Source: an uncultured candidate division Zixibacteria bacterium (GTDB lineage: Bacteria > Zixibacteria > MSB-5A5 > GN15 > PGXB01). Taken from it: 64,000 bases of DNA. Below, piece by piece: positions 39,860 through 49,978 of this stretch. Under the pieces are notes generated by a model. That model was given only the letters and a program-made list of their open reading frames with translations. It ran no database searches and was not told the DNA's origin. The DNA is taken from the NCBI GenBank assembly GCA_963702205.1, contig OY969724.1:768001-832000 (forward strand), given 5' to 3'. Each line of letters begins with the position of its first letter. The first letter of the stretch is position 1. The position numbers and the translations under genes are program-made.

Positions 39860-40558
39860 TCAAAGGCCGGATTTTAAAGGTCTTGGGCCAAAAATAGCCG
39901 TCCCGATCCTTACCTGCGTCGAGCCTTCTTCTATAGCCGGCTCGAAATCGCCCGACATTCCCATCGACAGCGTATCGAAACGTTCGTCAAAAAGGCGGCG
40001 GCTTTCAACAAAAATCTCGCGGGTCAGCCGGAAAGCCTCGCGAATTCGGTCTTCTTCTATAATATACGGGCCGATGGTCATGATTCCCCGCCAGATAATG
40101 TTTTCAAGCCCGGCCAGTTCCGCCAGGGTTTTTTGGGCGTTTTCCGGCGGAAAGCCGTATTTGGATTCTTCGCCGGAGCTGTTGATTTCGGCCAGGCATT
40201 CGATTTGGCGTCCCACCTTGGCCGCTTCGGAGTCGATTTTACGGGCCAGGTGAATCGAATCGACGGCGTCGATGGTGTCGAACAACTCGATCGCGCGCGC
40301 AGCCTTATTAGTTTGAAGATGCCCGATCAGGTGCCAGCGGGCGATATGACCGAGGTCGGAGATTTTTTGGTCGGCCTCCTGCACGCGGCTTTCTCCGAGG
40401 TCAGTGATGCCTGCGGCGACGGCGGCTTTGATTGAAGCCTCGTCGTGGGTTTTGGAAACTGCGACAAGCGTCACGGCCTCCAGTTGTCTTCCCGAGCGGT
40501 GCGCCGCCTCGGCGATCCGGTTTTTTATTTCCACGATATTTTGTTTAATGCCGTCCAT
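39860..40558 (-). CDS. yggS: PLP homeostasis protein YggS
   Basis: VAVSKT, WHLIGHLQTNK, LSMGMS.D and VRIGTAIFG motifs. Confidence 0.95.
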   Translation of the reverse strand: MDGIKQNIVEIKNRIAEAAHRSGRQLEAVTLVAVSKTHDEASIKAAVAAGITDLGESRVQEADQKISDLGHIARWHLIGHLQTNKAARAIELFDTIDAVDSIHLARKIDSEAAKVGRQIECLAEINSSGEESKYGFPPENAQKTLAELAGLENIIWRGIMTIGPYIIEEDRIREAFRLTREIFVESRRLFDERFDTLSMGMSGDFEPAIEEGSTQVRIGTAIFGPRPLKSGL

Positions 40559-40707
40559 TTTTATTCCGTTGTGCCCGATCTTTATATAACGGTCCCCCGT
40601 GGTCGTTCAGTGCATGCTGAAAATATCTCAATCATATTGACATTTTGTCATAATAAGCTAATATAAAAAACCTGAATAAAATGCAAGGAACAATGGGAGA
40701 TAAAGCG

Positions 40708-40914
40708 ATGCTGGGCAAGACAACCGACCCTCAGGAGGCGCTCCGGCTGGCGATTTCGCGCGAACAGGCTGCTTATGAATTTTATAAACATCATGCGGAT
40801 ATATTCCAGGATAAAGCGACCCGGGAGATGTTCGACCGTCTGGCCGAGGAAGAGACCGGGCACCGCGAACGCCTTCAGGGCGAGCTCGATAAGTACGTCC
40901 ATTATGAAATGTAG
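40708..40914 (+). CDS. Short rubrerythrin/ferritin-like protein
   Basis: AI.RE..AY.FY and LA.EE..H diiron motifs. Confidence 0.8.
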   Translation: MLGKTTDPQEALRLAISREQAAYEFYKHHADIFQDKATREMFDRLAEEETGHRERLQGELDKYVHYEM

Positions 40915-40947
40915 TCCGTCGATATTCCAAGTGTGAGGAGTGTTTTT

Positions 40948-41436
40948 ATGTCACCGGTTCATCCCGATATACTGGCGGCCCTTACCGCAGGCATACAGGC
41001 CGAGGTTGCCGCGTACGTGTTTTATAAAGAAGCCGCGAAACAGTTCAACAAGAAGGACATGAAAGAAATTCTGGAACGGCTGGCTTTTGAAGAAAAAAGC
41101 CATTTTCATTATCTGGAGCGGCAGTTCGATTCGCTGGTCCGTTCCGAGAAATGGATCAGCACGGCCGACATCATGAAACAGGAAGGACTGCCGGATATCG
41201 GCGAAGATATGGCGGACCGCCATCGGGAAACGATCGATCAGGTAAGAAAAGTCAAAGGCAAACGTCAGATTCTCGAGATCGCGCTGGAGTTCGAAAAGGA
41301 AGCGTGCGACCTGTATACGGCGGCGTCGATGCAGTCCGAGACAAAAGAAGCCAAGCGGACTTTCGACGCTCTGACCAAATTCGAGGAATCGCACGTGCGG
41401 ATTGTCGGAGACATGATCGACCGGCTCGACGATTGA
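40948..41436 (+). CDS. Rubrerythrin/ferritin-like diiron protein
   Basis: Two E...FY/LY...EExH repeats. Confidence 0.85.
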   Translation: MSPVHPDILAALTAGIQAEVAAYVFYKEAAKQFNKKDMKEILERLAFEEKSHFHYLERQFDSLVRSEKWISTADIMKQEGLPDIGEDMADRHRETIDQVRKVKGKRQILEIALEFEKEACDLYTAASMQSETKEAKRTFDALTKFEESHVRIVGDMIDRLDD

Positions 41437-41458
41437 GCGGTGACCAGACGGTTTCCAG

Positions 41459-41483
41459 GCCCCGCAATTATGGGGCTTTTTTT
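41459..41483 (+). terminator. Intrinsic terminator
   Basis: GCCCC...GGGGC stem followed by T7. Confidence 0.7.
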
Positions 41484-41519
41484 ATTTTGTGGGGACTTTT
41501 AAAATTTTAAATTAAGCCT

Positions 41520-42686
41520 ATGACCAAAAAAGCTATCACCTGGATTGAAATAGATTCCCGCGCTTTTCTTGCAAATATCTCATCTATCCGTAAGCTGGCC
41601 GGAGACCGTTCTATAGCGGCGGCTGTCAAAGCCAACGCTTACGGCCACGGGTTGAAAGAGATTGTTGGCCTGCTTAAAAAGACCGACGTGGATTATATCG
41701 CGGTGCATTCGTCCGATGAGGCGGTCGGCGCCCGGCAGTACGGCTGGGACAGAAACGTTCTCGGCGTCGGTTATATCACGCTGGCCGATCTCGACGTCGT
41801 CTTCGAGTATAATATTGAACCGACCGTTTATAATGTCGAGACGATCAATAAGCTGGGGCGATTGAGTGGTAAGTACAATAAAAAAGTCCCGCTGCACCTT
41901 AAGATCGAAACCGGCACCAATCGCCAGGGTTTGAATCCGGAGCGAATAGAAACGGAGCTGAAAGCGATCAAGAAATATCCCGGTCTCATTTTGAAAGGTG
42001 TTTCGACGCATTTTGCCAATATCGAAGACACCACCGATCACTCCTATGCCGAAGGGCAGCTCAAGATATTCAACGAAGCCGTCGGTCGCATAAAAAAGCT
42101 GGGATTCAAGCCGAAGCTGCGACACACGGCCAGCTCGGCGGCCCTGTTGCTTTTCGACGAAACTAAATTCGAGTTGGTGCGGCCGGGAATTGCGCTCTAC
42201 GGCTTGTGGCCGTCGAAAGAGACGTACCTGTCATACCGTCTGAAAGGCGGCGATAACGGGATTCTGACGCCGGTGCTTACCTGGAAGACGCGCGTGGCTC
42301 AGATTAAGATGCTGAAGGCCGATTCATACATCGGCTATGGCTGCAGCTACAAGACGACCTCCCGTACTCGTCTCGCAGTGCTTCCGGTGGGATATTACGA
42401 CGGCTATGACCGGGGATTATCCAATTTGGCTTATGTTTTAATCCACGGGCGGCGGGCTCCGGTGCGTGGGCGGGTTTGCATGAATCTTATGATGGTCGAT
42501 GTTACCGATATTCCCGGTGTTAAGCTTGAGGACGAAGTAATTTTGATGGGCCGCGACAATCGGACCGGAGAGAAAGTTACTGCCGATCAGATGGCCGTTT
42601 GGGCGGGAACCGTCAATTATGAAATTATTGGCCGTCTTGGTCAGCACATTCCCAAAATTGTTGTTGATTTTAAGGAAAGGGCATAA
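41520..42686 (+). CDS. alr: Alanine racemase
   Basis: VKANAYGHG, HLKIETG.NR, RPGIALYG and GRVCM motifs. Confidence 0.96.
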   Translation: MTKKAITWIEIDSRAFLANISSIRKLAGDRSIAAAVKANAYGHGLKEIVGLLKKTDVDYIAVHSSDEAVGARQYGWDRNVLGVGYITLADLDVVFEYNIEPTVYNVETINKLGRLSGKYNKKVPLHLKIETGTNRQGLNPERIETELKAIKKYPGLILKGVSTHFANIEDTTDHSYAEGQLKIFNEAVGRIKKLGFKPKLRHTASSAALLLFDETKFELVRPGIALYGLWPSKETYLSYRLKGGDNGILTPVLTWKTRVAQIKMLKADSYIGYGCSYKTTSRTRLAVLPVGYYDGYDRGLSNLAYVLIHGRRAPVRGRVCMNLMMVDVTDIPGVKLEDEVILMGRDNRTGEKVTADQMAVWAGTVNYEIIGRLGQHIPKIVVDFKERA

Positions 42687-42773
42687 CTTATTGTCTTACA
42701 AGTTAGTCCCATAATAACATATAGATGAGGGGAACCATCGGGCCTGAAAGCCAGTTATTGTCAGAATATAAAT

Positions 42774-42841
42774 TAGTGACAAATTTCACTTGACAGACGG
42801 GGTTTCTGGCAATAAATTTGTGATTGTGAAGGAATTCACAA
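42774..42841 (+). promoter_or_regulatory. rex promoter with two Rex operators
   Basis: Perfect TTGTGAA-GGAA-TTCACAA at 42824-42841. A degenerate TAGTGAC-AAAT-TTCACTT at 42774-42791 abuts TTGACA (42790). Confidence 0.85.
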
Positions 42842-42861
42842 ATGGGGATTAAACACGAAAT

Positions 42862-43560
42862 TTGACCCAACAGGATATTAGGTTGGCTTTAGATAACAGC
42901 AAAAAGAAAATTTCGGAATCGACGATACATCGGCTGTCGCTGTATTATCGGGTTCTGTCCATTCTTGAAAAGGAAAACCATCAGACGGTTTCCTCCAAGG
43001 AACTGGCCAAGCGTGAAAAGCTGACTCCGGCGCAGGTTCGCAAGGACCTCTCGTTTTTCGGATCTTTCGGGACGCGGGGGCTGGGCTATCCCGTGACGGA
43101 GCTCAAGCGGCAGATCGGCGATATTCTGGGAATCAATCGCGGGTGGAATGTGGCCCTGGTCGGCGTGGGTAATATCGGATCGGCCCTGGTGGGATATAAA
43201 GAATTCCAGAGACAGGGTTTCAATATCAAGATCATCTTCGACAACGACCAGCGTAAGATAGGCTCCAACCACAAGGGTATAATAGTTTCCGATATTCGGA
43301 ATCTGGAGCGCGACCTGAAAGCCAACAGTATTGAAATAGTAGTCATTGCCGTGCCCGCGACGGTGGCGCAATATATTGTCGATGACATCGTTCGGGCGGG
43401 GATTCGCGGTATTTTGAATTTCGCGCCGGTCAATTTGAAGGTTCCCGACGACGTTTTTCTGCGCAATGAGAATATGTCGATGGAGCTCGAATATCTTTCG
43501 TTTGCGCTGAAAAATCTGGAATGTTCCAAAAGCGGCGACGGAAAAAGTTATAAAATATAA
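42862..43560 (+). CDS. rex: Redox-sensing repressor Rex
   Basis: RLSLYYR, QVRKDLS.FG.FG.RG.GY, GVGNIG and ILNFAP motifs. Confidence 0.96.
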   Translation: MTQQDIRLALDNSKKKISESTIHRLSLYYRVLSILEKENHQTVSSKELAKREKLTPAQVRKDLSFFGSFGTRGLGYPVTELKRQIGDILGINRGWNVALVGVGNIGSALVGYKEFQRQGFNIKIIFDNDQRKIGSNHKGIIVSDIRNLERDLKANSIEIVVIAVPATVAQYIVDDIVRAGIRGILNFAPVNLKVPDDVFLRNENMSMELEYLSFALKNLECSKSGDGKSYKI

Positions 43561-43609
43561 CCGTCTCAGGGATGAGGCGGAAATTACCTCTTTAAAGTGA
43601 CACCTGGGA

Positions 43610-43648
43610 ATGGCGCCCGCAGTAAGCCGGCGGGCGCCATGTTTTTTT
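43610..43648 (+). terminator. Intrinsic terminator
   Basis: ATGGCGCCCGC/GCGGGCGCCAT stem followed by a T-tract. Confidence 0.85.
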
Positions 43649-43708
43649 ATGCCTGCATCGGCTTGACATTTATCAGATCGTTCCGATTATTGGATTGTAA
43701 AAGGAATA

Positions 43709-44662
43709 ATGACCAAAGGAGCCCATTTGCAAAAATCAGCCATTATCGTGACAGGTTTGATTCTTATTATGTCCGGTGCCGTCTTTGCCGCCGATTTCAA
43801 CACCGACAGTCTTCAATATTATCTCAAGGAAGCCGGTCAGGCCTACACTCAGAATGACAATGAAAAAGCCGTGATAAATTATCAAAAAGCTCTGGAAATC
43901 GATTCGTCCAATGTCGATGCGATCAAGGCGCTGGGGGTCATTTATTCCGAGATGGGGCGCAACGGCCTGGCCCTGGATTATCTTCACCACGCTCTCGATC
44001 TTGATTCCACCGATGCCTCCGTCTACAACAGCCTGGCTATAATTTATATCACCCGCCGGGATACCGCGCGGGCCATCGATTATTATGATAAAGCCCTGGC
44101 TCTGGATTCGACGCGGGGGAATTTCGCGGCCAACCTGGCTTTGATATATTTCACCCGCGGAGATTATACGAAAACGATAAGGACGCTTACGTCTTCTGCC
44201 AGATTGGATTCCACCAACGCGCGGGTGCAGTATCTTCTGGGTCGGTCGTACATGGGGCTGAATCGTAACGTCGACGCGGAGTCGTATCTGGAGAAGGCGC
44301 TGCAGTACGATGATAGAAATATCGAATACGTTTATTATCTTGCGATCGATAAAGATTTGCTGGGTAAGGAAAACGCCGCCGAAAGCGGTTACAAACAGGT
44401 TCTTTCGATGGATAAGGAATATTTCGACGCCTATCAACGGTTAGGCGTTTTATATATCCGGACCGACCGTATGTTCGACGCCATGCAGACTTTCGAGCAG
44501 GCGGTAGTACTCCGTCCCGACGACATCAATGCCAACGTGGCGCTGGGCGCGTCGTACCTGTTGAACGACCTGCCCGACAAGGCCGACAAAATCCACGCCT
44601 GGCTTGAAAAGCGCAGCCCGCAGGCGGCTGAAAAGATGATGCGGCTCGGGCAAAAGAAATAG
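43709..44662 (+). CDS. Exported tetratricopeptide repeat protein
   Basis: Signal peptide and ~34-aa A..LG..Y...A...Y.KAL.LD repeats. Confidence 0.9.
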   Translation: MTKGAHLQKSAIIVTGLILIMSGAVFAADFNTDSLQYYLKEAGQAYTQNDNEKAVINYQKALEIDSSNVDAIKALGVIYSEMGRNGLALDYLHHALDLDSTDASVYNSLAIIYITRRDTARAIDYYDKALALDSTRGNFAANLALIYFTRGDYTKTIRTLTSSARLDSTNARVQYLLGRSYMGLNRNVDAESYLEKALQYDDRNIEYVYYLAIDKDLLGKENAAESGYKQVLSMDKEYFDAYQRLGVLYIRTDRMFDAMQTFEQAVVLRPDDINANVALGASYLLNDLPDKADKIHAWLEKRSPQAAEKMMRLGQKK

Positions 44663-44697
44663 CCGGATCGCCTAATAAGTAATTAAAGCTAAAAACT

Positions 44698-44877
44698 CCG
44701 TCAGGTGACAATCCCGACTTCGTCGGGATCAGCACCTGACGGAACATTTTTGAATCCGTTTTTCTATAAGGCCCAATTACCAAAGATAGCGTTAAAATAA
44801 ATTTTTTTTAATTTTAATACTTACAAGGCTGTCAGGTCACACGTCCCGATAAATCAGGACGCAGGACCTGACAGAAC
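44698..44877. repeat. REP-like pair shared with the 20.4-20.6 kb and 18.3 kb clusters
   Basis: CCGTCAGGTGwCAATCCCGACTTCGTCGGGATCAGCACCTGACGGAACAT (also at 20526), and a reverse-complement copy of GTCAGGTCCTGCGTCC.GATTTATCG...GTGACCTGAC. Confidence 0.8.
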
Positions 44878-45235
44878 GGACTTTAGGGCCCAAATCACTC
44901 AGGCAAATTTCAATAGGTAATAAATATAAAAACCGTCCCGGAACCGAGACGGGGATTTATTGTGTGATAACGGTCAAATAGGTTCCGGGCCGCAGTGACA
45001 GGTGTACAGCCCGGCCTGATTAACGGGGCGACCATAATGTATCAAAAGATTGTACCCGTGTTCGGTTTAATACCGGGACGGCTTAATTTCAGAAGAAATT
45101 TATTTTAGTCTTGTTTTATCTCCCGAGGTTTCGCAATACCCCGAAATATTGCCAGCTTGTTGATCTATTTTAAAGACGGGTATAGATGCCGTTTCATCCA
45201 ATCCAAAATGGAATTTAAACGAGCCATGTTGAATA

Positions 45236-45262
45236 AAAATGCCCGGCCTATTTAGGCCGGGC
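45236..45262 (-). terminator. Intrinsic terminator
   Basis: GCCCGGCCTA/TAGGCCGGGC stem followed by ATTTTT on the minus strand. Confidence 0.75.
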
Positions 45263-45292
45263 TCGAAATCAGTTTATTATGAGTCTGCTTTT

Positions 45293-46042
45293 TTAAATTT
45301 GCACCCACGGATACCATGTTCTGGGCACACAATACTGACCTTCAGCGTGGGCAACCAATTGCACTGTAAAAGTTAGTTCCTCGTCCGTGTAGTGTCTGTA
45401 AGGCTCTACTATCCTGATCGTGTACGTTCCGGGTTGTATATTGTGGAGATAATAAGTAAAATCAAACAGGCACAGACAAGCACAACCGCCATTGTCAAGC
45501 GAATCCACTTCGGTAATAATGATTTCGTCGTTGATAACCTCCACTTCAGAGATTACGACGGGACAACAATTGAGGGCACCGTTAATATGATCCAATCTTA
45601 ATCCGCCGTTATCGCTGTTGTATACATAATTAATGCAGTCCAGCGTATCGGGAACCGGGTCGATATCGGCCTTACCGTCGAAAAGTTTGCAGCTTGAACT
45701 CCATCCGAGTTGTCCTCCCGGAGGGCCGAAATCCCTTTCACAAATCGGCGCCGGACCCTGCGGTTCGCCGTAGATGTAATCGACCAAATATAAAATATCG
45801 ATAAGGTTTAAAATGCCTTCGGCATTGGCATCGCCGGACGAGAACGGAACCGGCTCCGGCCCGGGCGGAACGTCATAAATATTGGCGATCATGTAAAGAA
45901 TATCAAGCAGGTTGACATTACCGTCGGCGTTGACATCGCCGCAGATATAATCTAATTTTTCATTCGCCGACACATTGGGTACAATGAGGCCAATCAACAT
46001 CAGTATTGCCAACGATGACCAGATTACTTTGAATTTGTACAT
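45293..46042 (-). CDS. Secreted protein: dockerin-like domain plus a Cys-rich HINGALNCC domain
   Basis: Signal peptide and CGDVNADG.VNLLDIL...GDAN..G..NLIDIL. C-terminal domain is paralogous to that of the upstream gene. Confidence 0.85.
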   Translation of the reverse strand: MYKFKVIWSSLAILMLIGLIVPNVSANEKLDYICGDVNADGNVNLLDILYMIANIYDVPPGPEPVPFSSGDANAEGILNLIDILYLVDYIYGEPQGPAPICERDFGPPGGQLGWSSSCKLFDGKADIDPVPDTLDCINYVYNSDNGGLRLDHINGALNCCPVVISEVEVINDEIIITEVDSLDNGGCACLCLFDFTYYLHNIQPGTYTIRIVEPYRHYTDEELTFTVQLVAHAEGQYCVPRTWYPWVQI

Positions 46043-46051
46043 TAGTCCTCC

Positions 46052-49000
46052 TTACATTTCCGTCCAGGGATAGTCCGTTCTTACCTTGCAGACACCGCCG
46101 GACACGGTTCCGTAGAGTTGCACAGTAAGAATAAGGGTTTCGTCTCCGGCCGGTTTGTATGGTTCAATTATCCCAATCGTATAGGTTCCCGGTTCGATAT
46201 TATCGAAAACGTAAGTGAAATCAAAGAGGCACATGCACGGGCAGCCGAAACCGCCTTCGAGTGAATCGATTTGCGTTATAATTATATTTTGCCCGATTAT
46301 TTCAATGTCAGACAATATGACCGGGCAGCAATTTAACGCGCCGTTGATATGATTGACTGTGAGTGTGCCGTGGCCGTCGTACTGGTATTCAAGGCAGTCC
46401 ATGCTGTCGGCAACGGGATTGGGAAACAGCCTGCTCGGGGGATTTTTACATTCGGAGTACCAGGTAAGGTTTCCGCCGGGCGGACCGGGTGGCAGTTCAC
46501 AGATTGGCTCCGGTCCGGCCGGATCGCCGTATTTATAGTCTATTAAGTACAGGATGTCGATCAGGTTGATGCTGCCGTCGGCGTCGGCGTCGCCCGCTTC
46601 GAACGGATCGGGAGCCGGTCCGGGAGGATCGCCGTATTTGTATTCGATCAGATATAATATATCGATCAGGTTGACCGCTTCGTCATTATTGGCGTCACCG
46701 CAGATATAGTCACAGGCGTCGCCGATATTGTCCCCATCGGCATCGAGTTGATCCGGGTTGTACGTATCGGGACAGTTGTCGCAGATGTTTCCGACGTTGT
46801 CGCCATCGTTGTCGAGCTGTTCGGTATTCGCCGCGTTAATGCAGTTATCGCAGGCATCGCCTATGGTATCGCCGTCGGTATCGGTTTGGTCGTTGTTGGA
46901 TACGTCGGGGCAGTTGTCGCAAACGTCGCCGACACCGTCGAAGTCGGAGTCGGCCTGATCGTTATTTGCGACGACGACGCAGTTGTCGCAGGCGTCGCCG
47001 ATATTATCGCCGTCGAGGTCTTCCTGATCGGGATTATATATCGAGGCGCAGTTGTCGACCGCATCGGGAACACCGTCGCCGTCGCTGTCGGCCGACGTCG
47101 CCAGCGACGCGAAAGCATAAATTATTCCGTGCGAATCGAACGTGACGCAGGCGATATTGGGACGCCCGTTGCCGCTGATATCGCCCACTCGAACGTCCAT
47201 GACGTCACCGGCGGTGCTATAGCTCCAATCTTCCGTGCCGGTGATGCCGTCGATGACGTATATGTTCTGATCGTCCGAGCCGACCAGCGCTTCGCTGAAG
47301 CCGTCGAGGTCGACGTCGTACACGAGGCAGCAATTGACTTCACCGCCGGTGGGGAACGACCAGAGGACGCTGCCGTCTTCCCCGCTCAGGGCATGGGCGT
47401 TTTTATCGGTCGACGTGCCCGGCACCAGAATGTCCGGGATTTTATCATCGTTGAGGTCGCCGATTCCAAAACCCTGCACGTTGGTCGCCAGACTGACCGG
47501 GGTGGTCCAAAGCTCGTTATGCGGTGTTACACCATTGACCATGATTACTTCCAGTGGGCTGAAAGCTATTGCGGCGGCGACATCGGGAACGCCGTCATCG
47601 TTGACGTCGCCCACGGCGACATGATACACACCGTTCGGTGCCGTGTAGTTCCACATTACCATGCCGGTCTCTCCGTCCATGACGGTTACTTTGCTTCCCG
47701 AAGTGCCGGTTCCCACCGCGGCAATGACATCAAGAGGACCGGAACCGTTCATCTGGGCCAGCCGGATTTCATTTACTCTGCCGGGAAAACGCGACCACAA
47801 TTCACTGCCATCCTTGCCGTCGATAGCGTACACCGTACCGTCGTTGGAGCCGACAATGACGTCGACATTGCCGTCGCCGTTGAGATCGGTTGATTTAATG
47901 CACTTGCGATAAATTTGATCGGTCGGAGTGGTGAAATCCCAGAGTACGCCACCGGCGATACCGTTCAGGCCGGTGACGGCGTCGTCGGCTCCGCCGACCG
48001 CGACATCGAGCTGTTCGTCGTCGTCGAAATCACCGATGGTCAGAGCGTAGAGGTTGGCAGTGCCGTTCCAGTGCCAGAGTTCCGTGCCGGTTTTGCCGCC
48101 GACGGCCCAGGCTTCATGGTCGGAGCTGACCGCGACCGCATCCATGCCTCCGTCTTTGTCCAGATCGCCCAGCGCCAGAGCGTTGCCGTAGGACCCGAAT
48201 TCGAATTCCCAGAGCAGGGACGATTGCACGGTCTTGAGAGCCCAGAGGCTTTTTCCGGGATCGGAACCCATACCGGTGAAATCAGCGCCGCCTCCGGCGG
48301 CAATGTCGAGCACGCCGTCGTCGTCAAAATCCCCGAGCGCGACGTTTTGAAATTGACCGGCGACGCTGTAATAATAAATTTTGCTGCCGGTTTCGGCGTC
48401 GAGGACCTGGACGCGGTCGAAAGTTGAGGCGACGATGTTAAGTTCGCCGTCGCCGATGACGTCACCGACCGTAATGTCGCGGGCGTAGCCGTCGAGAGGC
48501 GGTGTGATGTACATCGGCGTGTTGACGTCGCCTTCGAAAACCCAAATCTGCATCGTCCCGAGAATCGTCCCGACCAATAGTTCCGGGTCGCCGTCGGTAT
48601 CGATATCGGTACTCGTACAGACCGATATCACCGTTGACATGATCGACCGAGCCGAGATCGTAGCTCCATTCGGTCTTGCCGATAGCACCGTCGTGGACGA
48701 AAATCTCACCGTGATCGTCGCCGTATACCCCGGCAAAGATCGCTTCCGGGTCGCCGTCGTCGTCGATGTCGGTTATCATGGCGTCGAGCACGACATAGGT
48801 GACGGTCGAATCCCAGATGGCGTGTCCGTTGGTGCCGTCCAACACACCACAATGATTGTCAAATCCGGTCAGGTATTCGTGGGCGAAAGCGACGTCGTCG
48901 ATATTGTCGCCATTGACGTCTCCGGCAGCGACGGCATTTATCCAGAGACTGCCGGTATAGTACTGCCACAATTTCGCACCATTGAGTCCATTGATGCCAT

Positions 49001-49529
49001 AGACGTAATCGGCGAACGACGCCACCGCCACGTCGGGCCAGGCATCGCCATTGAGGTTGCAGATCACGACGTCCGTGACGGTCGTGCCGACGCTGTATGT
49101 CCACAACCGCGAGCCATCGGTGCCGTCGATGGCATGAACGCGGCCGTCGGCGGTGCCGGAGGTATTGTACGATGCGCCCGCGATAACATCGGCGACCATA
49201 TCATTGTTGATATCGCCGATGGTCAGGCAGCGGACACCGTCCTGCACCAGATAGGTCCAGAGGGTATCTCCCGATGAACCGTCGAGGGCGATGACGCGCG
49301 ATGGGTCGCCGTAATAGGTTTGGTCGTATTCGGCCGTGATGACGTCGGGGATATTGTCGCCGTTCAGGTCGGCGGTTTCCGCGTACGGGGTGCTGAGGAC
49401 ACCGTCGAAAATCCAGAGCGGATCGGCGCCGTAGCTGTCGAGCTGAGCCGAGGCCGTGGCGGCCAGAATTATAAGAATGGTGCATACGGTTAAAGCCCCG
49501 ATTGCCGGTTTGACCTTGAACAATCTCAT
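46052..49529 (-). CDS. Large secreted FG-GAP/PQQ-like beta-propeller protein with TSP3 repeats, dockerin and Cys-rich domain (frameshift near 48608)
   Basis: ORFs 48462-49529 and 46052-48736 join into one repeat protein if one base is removed (…GLYEY/DIDTDGDPELLVG…). Contains DNC....N.DQ.D.D.D..GDAC repeats. Confidence 0.82.
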
Positions 49530-49779
49530 AGCATACCTCTTGAAATAAGAAAATTATTCTCTTGTCAGGTCGGCGCCCGGAAGTACGGTCTTCGGCGTGA
49601 ATGAAATGCGGCCCGTCGGCTGCGGCGAATGAAGAATATGGCGGCCAGCCGAGACCGGGTAATATGAAAGATCGCGCCTTACAAAGACAAGATAGTCCAC
49701 AAACGGAAATCTGTCAAGGCTTTGAATTCGTAAAGCAAAAGGACGAGATTAGGAATCGCGGTATTCAGAAATTTTAACA

Positions 49780-49810
49780 TTGACAACACCCTCTATTAAT
49801 GTGTATAAAT
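49780..49810 (+). promoter_or_regulatory. Sigma70-like promoter, present three times (49780, 51013, 52564)
   Basis: TTGACAA......TCTATTAATGTGTATAA(A/T) precedes each propeller gene. The 51013 copy is TTGACA-N18-TATAAT. Confidence 0.7.
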
Positions 49811-49978
49811 AAGCAATCGGGGCAAATCTATGAGTTGCCATTTAGATATCGAAATTGGGTTGTGAAGGTGAATTTTATATGTAAGGCCTAACTCATAAAT
49901 TATGAAATACTATTATTCAAGAAATAGAATTAAAGATTTCATTAATCCAGGATTATTTACATAAAAGAGGAATACAAA

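Noticed and set aside
45100..45170. Possible c-di-GMP-I riboswitch (GGCAA...GAAA on the minus strand)
   Set aside because: It lacks the GACGCAAAG/P2 consensus and no gene follows it.
48600..48620. Programmed ribosomal frameshifting at the frameshift sites
   Set aside because: There are no slippery heptamers or homopolymer tracts, and scattered single indels are better explained by sequencing error.
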